Source: Podarcis muralis
Lineage: Eukaryota
Length of the DNA stretch: 64,000 nucleotides
Assembly (NCBI RefSeq): GCF_964188315.1
Contig: NC_135664.1
Span: 74,896,001-74,960,000, forward strand
Direction: 5' to 3'
Position 1 is the stretch's first letter, and the number at the start of each line of letters is the position of its first letter. The translations under genes and the position numbers were made by a program. The notes below the pieces were generated by a model that ran no database searches, was not told the DNA's origin, and saw only the letters and a program-made list of their open reading frames with translations. This document shows positions 22,945 to 32,848 of this stretch, piece after piece.

Positions 22945-25900
22945 TATTTATACCCCGCCCATCTGGCTGGGCTTCCCCAGCCACCCTGGGCGGCTTCCCA
23001 AAAAATATTAAAATACTGTAATACACCAAACATTAAAAGCTTCCCTGAACAGGGCTGCCTTCAGATGTCTTCTAAATGTCAGGTAGTTGTTAATTTATTT
23101 GACATCTGATGGGAGGGCATTCCACACTGCAGGCGCCACCACCGAGAAGGCCCTCTGCCTGGTTCTCTGTAACTTGGCTTCTTGCAGCGAGGAAACCACC
23201 AGAAGGCCCTCAGAGCTGGACCTCAGTGTCCGGGTAGAATGATGGGGGTGGAGGCGCTCCTTCAGGTCTACTGGGCCGAGGTCGTTTAGGGCTTGAAAGG
23301 TCAGCACCAATACATTGAATTGGGCTCAGAGATGTACTGGGAGCCAGTGTAGGTCTTTCAAGACCGGTGTTATGTGGTCTCGGCAGCTGCTCCCAGTCAC
23401 CAGTCTAGCTGCCACATTCTGGATTAGTTGTAGTTTCCGGGTCATCTTCAAAGGTAGCCCCACGTAGAGCGCATTGCAGGAGTCCAAGATAACTAGAGCA
23501 TGCATCACTCTGGCGAGACAGTCTGCAGGCAGATAGGGTCTCAGCCTGCATACCAGATAAAGCTGATAGACAGCTGCCCTGGACAAATGCATGAAGCTGC
23601 CTTGTCTGTTGGCCCAACCAGCCCAGCATCCTCTCTCCTGATATGCAGCAGCTGTGCAGCATCTCTTCCACAGCTGCCTCCCATCACCTGCCACAGCCTT
23701 CTTCCCAAAAAGCTAAGAGTTCTGTCATGGCATCTTTGAAGGGAAGGACCAGAACTCAACTGTTGAGTGAATTCCTTCCCATGCAGAAGAGATCAGATGC
23801 CTGGATTTCTGGTCAAATGCTCAAGCAACTAAACTATAATCCTTTCCCAGCCTGATTTTGGATAGCAGCCCCTTTCTCCCTGGCTATTAGAGTCTGAGAG
23901 ATATTGTGGTCCTGAACCGTTTAAGGCTTTATAGGTGAAAACCAGCACTTTGAGTTGGGCCCAGAAGCTAATTGGCAGCCAGTGAAGTTGGGTCAGCGCT
24001 TATGTTGATATCACAAAGTATCTCTTGGGTAGGTGGAGCAGAGTGACTTTCTCTCATTGAGGAGAGAAACCCTCAGCCCACCTCCTTACACCCAAGATTT
24101 TGGGACCGAGGCTCTCTCCAGGTCAGGCGCTGTCAGTTCTTGATGAGCTTTGCCCAGAAGACCTCTTGCGTTAGAAATTAAGGTCCATCAGGCAGGTACC
24201 AGCTGGGCCTTCTCCCTGCTTTCTGCCCACAGGGCGTGCCCCGTACGCTGACATCATGCAGGAGGCCAGGGTGACCATAATGCCCTCTGACATCTGCAAC
24301 AGCAGCAAGTGGTATGACGGACAGATCATACAGGAGAACATCTGCGTCATATCTGAGGAAGCAAAGGTGGACCGATGTAAGGTAGGTGCGAGGTAAAGCC
24401 CAGCGTCCTCATTCCCCATCATGGTGGTTCTGGTCTTCCGAGCTCCACCCTGGTCTTCTAAACTGAGGTGTCCTGTTACAAGCCAAGACCTGCTGGGGAG
24501 GTCCAGTGGAGGCCAGCAGGAGTGTGAGGAAGAAGCTTGCTGTGGAGCAGAGAGTATTTAGACTACACACTGAGCAAGCAGGATCAGGAGCTAATGGAGG
24601 TCTCAAGTTTGGTGCTCTTGATGGTGCAGGCATCTAAGGAGGAACTTGCAAGCTCAGAGCAGGCTCCCTGCTGCAGAAGCTAAGCCCAGGCATGTAGGAA
24701 ACTGGGAGGAGCCACAACAGGGGGAGGAGCCTAAGGTGTGCCCCCCCCACGCTCCCATTAAAGGGCCTTTGCTCAAATAAAATGTGCAGCGGTCTTTTGG
24801 TGCCTAGGTAGCAGATTCGTTCAGAGTAGGGAGTTGGTTTTGGGCTCCAGTATGGATATAGCAGTTTGCTTCTGGCAAACCAGAGCAGTGCACGGAAACG
24901 CCGTTTACCTTCCCGCTGGAGCGGTACCTATTTATCTACTTGCACTTGGTGCTTTTGAACTGCTAGGTTGAGAGGAGCAGGGACCGAGCAACGGGAACTC
25001 ACCCTGTCGAGGGGATTCGAACCGCCGACCTTCTGATCAGCAAGTCCTAGGCTCTGTGGTTTAACCCACAGCGCCACCCGCGTCCCAGAGATCAGTGTAA
25101 ATGAAAACATGAGTCATGGTTTTGCTATATATGATTTTTCTTTATGAGTTGTCTGTTGTATATTATGTGAGTAATAATAATAAAAGAACCTGCAACCAGG
25201 TGACCCCAGCAAGCAAGGCTTTGGTGGGGGTATCAAGGGGGGTGGGAATGGACACACAGTGTGGCACTTCCTCTCTTTGCCCCTGGTGGCAAAATGAGAC
25301 GGGCCGCCTCTGCCCTCGCTCCTCACGCCGCTTCCCTCTTCCCGCTCCAGGGCGATGGGGGCAGCCCCCTCATGTGCAGGCCAGCGAGATCCGAGCGCTT
25401 CTGGGTTGTGGGCCTCAACAGCTGGGGCAGAGGCTGCACGGTCGGGAAGGTCCCGGGCGTCTTCACCGCCACCCAACACTTCTACTACTGGATCCAGAGA
25501 ATACTGAAGAACCCTCCTGCCTCCGCTCTCGTCCCGCCATTCAAGCCAACACCGCCCCCGACCAAGCCCCCCAGCACCGCCTCCACCCTGTTTTCACCCC
25601 CAGCCTGGGCAACGGCACCCAATTTAAAGAGACCCACTCATATGTTGGTGAACGGCAAGTATTACGGGTACGGGGGCAAGGCCCGGCCAACTTACTCGTT
25701 TGAACGCCCCGGTTATGTTGCAACCACGACCTCCCGGCCTCGTAGCACATGGGGCTGGTACACAGGCCCAAAGAGGACTTTCCCTCCCTATAAGTTCACT
25801 TTCCCCCCCTATAAGCCGACAACTCCCTGGTATCTCACCAGCACAAAGTTCCTGGGCTGGAATGTGCGGCCTAGCATTATTTATAGGCTGCCCAAGCGGA

Positions 25901-26022
25901 AGCCGGCCACCACGGTGAAACCAACGACCCAGTGGCAGTACCAGCCCTGGACCACCATGGCACGACCACAGACCAAGTGGCAGTACACGCGCCGGACCAG
26001 GCCCAGTAACTGGGGCAAATAG
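18663..26022 (+). CDS. Acrosin-like serine protease homolog A (456 aa), predicted catalytically inactive (Ser195->Gly). Exons 18663-18736, 20526-20729, 22158-22429, 24233-24381, 25351-26022
   Basis: Five-exon acrosin layout with phases 2,2,1,0. Signal peptide [19 protein letters not shown], two-Cys light chain (TCTRVCG), R|[30 protein letters not shown]|[12 protein letters not shown] and PGVF. No frameshift or premature stop. Confidence 0.9.
18868..19330 (+). mobile_element. Squam3-like tRNA-derived SINE interrupted by a hAT MITE (18935-19186)
   Basis: gagagccagtgtggtgtag head and cctaacctacctcacagggttgttgtgagg body. The MITE has CAGGGGTCAGCAAAC ends and an 8-bp TSD at(a/t)taccc. Other SINE copies at 10208-10345, 20155-20400 and 38722-38800. 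Confidence 0.75.
21325..22115 (+). mobile_element. CR1 LINE 3' fragment in intron 2 of gene A
   Basis: [34 protein letters not shown]...LEKRRLR with an attctgtgattct tail. Confidence 0.9.
22945..23640 (-). mobile_element. L2-clade LINE fragment with a long (AAT)n tail
   Basis: [10 protein letters not shown]...[26 protein letters not shown]...[12 protein letters not shown]. Confidence 0.9.
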
Positions 26023-26422
26023 GCCTTCAACCACAAACACAGACCAGAGGTCTTGGCCACAGGTTCAAAGCACAGCTATGGGCCTGACTCTGATCCCATC
26101 TGTTGCCATGCTGCCGTCACTCAGAGAGATTGCAGCTGGGCTCCGGCACAAATTGATCCTCAGTTCGCCCTTTTGCAACCGTCTTGGGAAGCAAAAGATA
26201 GCAGGCGGCTTCTGGATGATGGTGACTCTATCTGAGCTCATGAAGACCGGCTGTCAGAGCCAGCCTGAGAATGAATTCCCACCCGAAGAACCAGACAAGA
26301 TCCTCAAAGTATCTGGAAGCTCCTCGACTCACGGCACATTCTTGGTGAGAAGACCCTCTTCCTTCTGTGGGTGGGTCCAGCCCCTTCTCGACCGTGGGAA
26401 CTTCTTGTACAAGCACGTTAGA

Positions 26423-26428
26423 AATAAA
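26423..26428 (+). terminator. Poly(A) signal of acrosin-like A
   Basis: AATAAA about 400 nt after the TAG stop. Confidence 0.55.
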
Positions 26429-28094
26429 AGTGGTGCCAGCCTTCTACTGAGCTCGTCCTGGTCCTTCCTCTCCGGGCAGTGCATAGTGGGAAGGCAGGGG
26501 TAGGTAGGAAAGGGACTTATGCCATGTCAGGTCTTCTTCCATCCATCAAACCCAGGAGTGAGGGACCCTTTGCAGCTCAAGGGCCACACTCCCTCTGAGC
26601 CCCTCCCCAGGGGCCATATGCCAGCAGTGGGTGGGGCTAAGGCAAAAGTGGGTGGGGCAGCAAAATAAGTCCTGCCCTCTGCTGTTCCAGAGGGTCAGAC
26701 TCAAACCAATGGATTCAAATGACAAGAAAGGAGATTACGACTAAACACTGGGAAGAGTTTTCTGGCGGCAAAAGCTGTTTGGCAGTGGAATGGACTCCCT
26801 TAGAAGGTGGCAGGCTCTAACCCTTCATTGGCGCTTTCTAGGCATTGTTTACCCCTGTCTTGGAAAAAGGAGGGACATAAATAAATATAATCATAATATC
26901 TACTCACTTTTAACGGGCCACTGGAAGGTCACTTTGGATGGAGGAACACACAGACGGTCTCTTTCCCCTGACACAACTCCATTTTTAACAATAACAATAA
27001 TAGCTTTATTATTTATACCTCACCCATCTGGCTGGGTTGCCCCAGCCAATCCGTTTTTTTGATGGGATAAACTTCGACTCTTCGTTCCATCTCCTTATTG
27101 TTTACAAATATACAGTATATTTATATTCACCCATTTATTGCTCCTTGTTTCTGCTCTGCTAATCGTTTTTTTGGTACCATCATCATCGTTTATCGATTGA
27201 TTGTATTTACTGTAATTTTCTGTGTATAAGATTAGGGTTTTTTTCTTTAGAAATTATGTTAAAAAGTGGGGGTCGTATTGTACATGGACAGTGCATAGGG
27301 TGGACGTTTGATTGGTTGCTGCCACGGCTTGTTATTGGGCTTGTTATTGGTTGCTGCACCAATGGCTGTTGTTGATCGGCTGACTCTGTGGCAATTGGGC
27401 GGTCGATTGGCAGCTTCTGCCAGCGAGGGGACAGACGAGAGGCTGATTTTGTGTGGGTGAGCAATTTTTGGCAATTCCCCCCCAAAAAAGCTCAACAACC
27501 CTGTACAACACCCCCCAAAAAGCTCAACAACTCTGAGCCATCTCTCCCCATTTTCTTAAATGTGAGTCCCCCAAAATAGGGGACGTCTTATACACGGGGG
27601 CAATGTATACACGGAAAAGTGCGGTATTTCCTGCCCTTCCTCAGCAAGGAGCACAGGGCAGCATTCGCCTTTGGGCCAGGCTCTGGGTTATTTTACCTGA
27701 TTCAAAGTAGGCAGTAGATGGCATTGTGGTGTGGCAGAGCCAACTCACTCCTGGTTGCCTGAGTTGCTGCTAAAAATACCGGGACAGAGGAGGGGTGCAA
27801 GGAGAGAGCAAGTTCAGCGTGGTGCAAACACCCCAGCAGAGCTGTCCCTTGGCTCCTGCCCCCTGCATTGCACCATGCTGGCCTTGCCCCCAGCTCACCC
27901 CTTCCCCGCTCCATTTCGACATGCTGCAGCAATGCAGGCGACCAAAGGTCAAGTCATCGCTGCCACTCCATCCCACCATTCATGACAACCGGCTCCTGTC
28001 TTAACACTTTCCCGCTTGCATGGCAAGTTCCCGACCCCCCCCCCCCAAGGTGGAAATAATGACACATGACACAATTATTAAGGTTAATGATGTA

Positions 28095-28522
28095 TGTATG
28101 GAAGTGAGAGCTGGACCATAAAGAAGGCTGATCACCGAAGAATTGATGCTTTTGAATTATGATGCTGGAGGAGACTCTTGAGAGTCCCATGGACTGCAAG
28201 AAGATCAAACCTCTCCATTCTTAAGGAAATCAGCCCTGAGTGCTCACTGGAAGGACAGATCCTGAAGCTGAGGCTCCAGTACTTTGGCCACCTCATGAGA
28301 AGAGAAGACTCCCTGGAGAAGACACTGATGCTGGGAAAGATGGAGGGCACAAGGAGAAGGGGGCGACAGAGGACGAGATGGTTGGATAGTGTTTTCGAGG
28401 TTACCAGCATGAGTTTGACCAAACTGCGGGAGGTAGTGGAGGACAGAAGTGCCTGGCATGCTCTGGTCCATGGGGTCACGAAGAGTCAGACACGACTAAA
28501 CGACTAAACAACAACAACAACA
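28095..28522 (+). mobile_element. Bov-B LINE 3' fragment
   Basis: RVPWTARRSN...HGVTKSQTRLND* with a (CAA)n tail. Confidence 0.9.
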
Positions 28523-28524
28523 AA

Positions 28525-29215
28525 TGGGCTAAAAAAGGCCACAACTTTATTGGTTACAGGTGAAGAGTGGTATTGGCTTAGGCATTGGTCCTGACTATAT
28601 CCGACTCCAGCCCTTCTGCTTGAAGTCCGGGAAGGGTTAACCACCAGTAGGGGAAGTCCTGCTGATGCACATCAACTAGGAACTCTCCTGGGGTCACCAA
28701 TAGGGGGCGTGCCTTAGGCCCTCACCTCCCTAGGCTTCGGACAGGGCCACGCCCCCCGGAATCCATCAACGAACTACCCTTCAATATGTGGGGCAGGTGA
28801 TGGCGCTACCTCCCCTCTTCCATCTACTGAGCAATACCAATGCCTAACTGCCAATACCCAGAAAGTTGTGATGATTTGCTACGAAGTAGGTGAAAACCAA
28901 GTGGCTGGTGCCAATTTGCCAAGTGGGAAAATTCCTACCAGGCCCCTCAATGGCGACCAACCAAGGTCCATAGCAAGGTCAAGGAATGGAAATCTAATAT
29001 GGCGGGAGGGTGGGGAAAAACAGGAACAGCTGGTTGGCGGCAAAGAGGGAGATCTTTGGCCACGTCCTGCCTTAAATAGGGCAGGCCGATTAGCTGGCCA
29101 GGGCATGATGCGGCCGGGAATCCCCCAGTAGTGTGGGGCTGGCTCCGCCCGCCGCGCACTTGGAGGGGCCGTGAAACCCGCTACCCCACCTCCTCCTTAG
29201 GCGGAAGTGGTTTTG
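28525..29215 (-). mobile_element. LTR-like repeat (minus-strand ETS, CCAAT-like and TATTTAA promoter; AATAAA at ~28550)
   Basis: 29020-29215 is homologous to 21100-21300 in intron 2 of gene A (gccttaaatagggcaggcc ... ggcggaagtgg). Confidence 0.45.
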
Positions 29216-29754
29216 CTGTTCTCTTTTCCCTGGAATTCCTCCTTCTGACCCAACTCAGTTTGCGTTTAAAGGTGAACCTGGCTATTTGCATTTTCTCCCC
29301 GAAACAAAGCACAAACAGATACCTATCTGCACTTCGAAATTCGCACTTCTCTGAATTTTGCAGTGCAGGTTTCCAGTCAATGTACATGCATGAAAAATGC
29401 ACATCCTGTAGCCAAACATACACAGAAATGTGTGTGTTGGTGAAAGTAACATGAAAATGTTGAATTACATGCTTTGCGAAGATGTGTACATTAGGCAAAA
29501 TTTCACACAAACTTTGGAGAAATTCACAGTGATGAATTTTCACAAGGACTTTAAAAAAATAAAAGAATCTCAAACTGATGTACAAAATGTGAAGAATGGA
29601 AGGCTGGGAAAATGAGGAAGAAAGAGAAACGAAAATGGATAGATCTGCCTGCACCTTCTCCCAACATGCCTCTCACACCTTGTCACAACCAGATGGGCGG
29701 GGTATAAATCATCATCATCATCATCAATAATCACCACCACCACCATCATCATGT

Positions 29755-30535
29755 GGTGGGTGTGGGGGACTCCCTGGTCCTGAATGGGGCTACTCTGCCC
29801 CTGAAGGACCAGGTGCACAGCCTGGGAGTCATTTTGGACTCATAGCTGTCCATGGAGGTGCAGGTCAGTTCTGCATCCAGGGCAGCTGTCTACCAGCTCC
29901 ATCTGGTACGCAGGATGAGACCCTACCTGCCCATGGACTGTCTCACCAGAGTGGTGCATGCTCTAGTTATCTCCCACTTGGAATCCTGCAATGCGCTTTA
30001 CGTGAGGCTACCTTTGAAGGTTACCCGGAAACTGCCATTAATCCAGAATGCGGCATCTAGACTGGTGACTGGGAGCAGCCGCCGAGACCACATAACACCG
30101 GTCTTGAAAGACCTACACTGGCTCTCAGTACTTTTCCGAGCACAATTCAAAGTGTTTGTGCTGACCTTTAAAGCCCTAACCAGCCTCAGCCCAGTATACC
30201 TGAAGGAGCATCTCCACCCCCATTGTCCAGCCCAGACACTGAGGTCCAGATCCAAGGGCCTTCTGGCAGTTCCCTCCTTGCGAGAAGTGAGGTTACAGGG
30301 AAGCAGGCAGAGGGCCTTCTCAGTGGTGGCACCCGCCCTGTGGAACGCCCTCCCATCAGATGTCAAAGAGAAAAACAACTACCAGACTTTTAGAAGACAT
30401 CTGAAGGCAGCCCTGTTTAGGAAAGTTTTTAATATTTTATGCTGTATTGTTTTTAAACTCAATTGGGAGCCACCCAGAGTGGCTGGGGAGACTCAGCCAG
30501 ATGGGCAGGTTATAAATAATAAATTATTATTATAT
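29755..30535 (+). mobile_element. L2-clade LINE 3' fragment (explains the 265-aa ORF at 29852-30649)
   Basis: LQ.IQN.A.RLVTG...LHWL...FKV..LTFKAL...[15 protein letters not shown]. Confidence 0.9.
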
Positions 30536-31871
30536 ATTATTATCATCGGTTTCCTTGGCCTCAGGACACCCCTTTCCCCTTCCTTTATTTCTAAGGCTAA
30601 TGGTTGGAATTTTGGAATTTGGTGCAGTAGACCTGCAACTTATGTGTGATCAACTTTGCACAGGCAGGAGACAAATAAATAAATAAATGGGGAGCTGGTG
30701 GGGGGGGGGGAGACAGTCAGAAGGGGTTGTCTGGGATCTCGTGAGATCTTGCAAAGTCCCAACAAGATCTCTTGCAGCCTTCCCAGAGCCCCGGAAGGCA
30801 GGGATAGTTTACATGTGTGGTTCCAGGGGTCTTCCTGCTTTTGCACGATTTTACAAACTCCTGGAATAATAATCCCACATGTGGGATGTGGGCCTGCTCT
30901 AAATATATCGCAGTGTTGCGCAGAAAGAAAAAGCCCAGTAAGGTTGAAAGGACAAAGGAAACTGGAGGCTTATTTGTCGTGCCAAACAAAGGCATTCTGA
31001 GCACAGGTTTCTCCCACGGCCAAGATGGAGGCACTAACGCACACTGGCTAACTCATGCTGACCTGGAGAAGGAAGAGGGAGGGAGGGCACAAAGTCAGAA
31101 AGGAGGTCAGCTGCTGTGCCAACAAACAGCTGCTGAAAGAGAAGGAACCGGCGAGGGAAGAACAGGTTGCCTTTCTGTCTATCCTCCCACCCAATGGTCC
31201 AGGTAACTTATTGCAACCAGGTAACTTATTTCTCCCAACAAAGGCCACTTCCCATTGGCGCTGCCTGAGGCTGATGGGAGTTGTAGTCCAAAACATCTGG
31301 ATCAGGGAAGGCTGCTCTATATTCTATACCCTAGCCTGGCTCACTGTGCAGGAATCAGAATCTGGTGGAGAATGGATTATGCCACTTTGCATCACAGCTG
31401 GGGGGGAGAACCCTTATTTTAAAATGCTCCTCCGCATGAAAAATTCAGTGCAAAACAGGCAGGGAATGAGCTGAGCTAGAAGACCACTCTTCTGATGTGA
31501 ATTGATTATTATTATTTACATGCAGAGGGTTATTTATACATGGGTGAGCATTTGAAACTGGCACTCTTTACCTCCGAAGCTCTGAAAAGGAAGATTCCCC
31601 CCTCCTACCTCGGAATTCTAACCACTTCATTCTGCTGGGTGTGTCAAACCGATGCCTTTGGTTCTCCTGAGTGCCAGGCAACGTGTCTGACCTTATCTCT
31701 TAGGGTACCCTAGCAAGGGAAAATGCAATGGGTTATATGGGGATTTTCGTACAGACTTGGAGTACCAGAACAGCATGCTGTGTAGAGTTCTGGTCACCTC
31801 ACCCCGAAGAGGATCTTGTAGGGTTGCTAAAGGTTCGGAAAAAGGCCATCAAAACAATTGAGGGGGTGGAA

Positions 31872-32190
31872 AGGTAAAGGACCCCTGGACGGTTACGTCC
31901 AGTCAAAGGCAACTATGGGGTTGTGGCACTCATCTCGCTTTCAGGCCGAGGGAGCCAGCGTTTGTCCACAGACAGCTTTCCAACTCATGTGGCCAGCAGG
32001 ACTAAACCGCTTCTGGCACAACGGAACACCGTGACGGAAACCAGAGCATACGAAAATGCTGTTTACCTTCCCGCTGCAGCAGTACCTATTTATCTACTTG
32101 CACTGGCGTGCTTTCAAACTGCTAGGTAGGCAGGAGCTGGGACAGAGCAACGGGAGCTCACTCCGTCGCAGGGATTCGAACCGCCAACCT
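31872..32190 (-). mobile_element. Sauria SINE
   Basis: Reverse complement of the Sauria body with an aaggtaaagg tail. Confidence 0.8.
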
Positions 32191-32572
32191 CCACAACCGG
32201 AGGCAACAATGAATATCCCCTGCTGGAAACTGCAGGAACAGAGAGTGTTCTTGCGTTCCAATCCTGCTTGCCGCTTTCCCACCATGGCATCTGGTTGGCC
32301 ACTGCAAGAACAGAGTGCTGGATGAGACGGGGCTCCTTCGGCCTGATCCAGGAGGTTCTCCTGGTGTTCTTATGCAAAGGAGGTCAGGCGCAGAACACCC
32401 TTCCTGCTGTGCCTGCAGCCAGGGTTGCTTGGAGACACATCTCCCAGGGCTGGGAGCCCAGACCACGGGTGATGCTTTGAGGACCATTCCACCCTTGGGC
32501 TCGGGGGACCTGGCCCAGACGCTTCTATTAATGTTGCCAATGCATTCCGGATGAAAAAAGAACATCCGTTCC

Positions 32573-32648
32573 GTGTGATGTCATACTGTCTCCCTGCTGA
32601 TTGGATGCGGCTCGGCAAAGTGCATTTGTGAGGTCAAGAGCGGTGGGA
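32573..32648 (+). promoter_or_regulatory. Proximal promoter module of acrosin-like B
   Basis: GTGTGATGTCATA-N10-GCTGATTGG-N20-TTTGTGAGGTC..GAGC..TGGGA, 40 nt upstream of the ATG at 32689. Confidence 0.65.
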
Positions 32649-32688
32649 GAATGCGGTGATAGGAGTAGCATCTGGAGCCAAGAGGAGG

Positions 32689-32814
32689 ATGAGATGGCTG
32701 CTCCTGCTACTCCAGATCCTGGCCACTGTCTGGCCCAGCCGTGCCATAGTTGATACTTGCGAGTAAGTGACGGGAACAGACAAGAGTCCAGCAGGAAGCT
32801 TAATGCTTCTTCAC

Positions 32815-32848
<34 letters not shown>

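Noticed and set aside
18663-26022. Calling acrosin-like A a pseudogene
   Set aside because: No stops or frameshifts, all splice sites are canonical, and the cysteines, promoter module and poly(A) signal are conserved; it fits a pseudoenzyme better.
25919-26503. Open +1 frame overlapping the stop of gene A (possible frameshifted longer tail)
   Set aside because: The annotated frame ends cleanly, AATAAA at 26423 lies before the +1 stop, and there is no slippery site or recognisable motif. It would need cDNA evidence.
29852-30649. 265-aa ORF, and similar ORFs at 63266-63787, 60556-61047 and 17816-18307, as host genes
   Set aside because: They are LINE ORF2 fragments (L2 or Bov-B), 5'-truncated, with retroposon tails.
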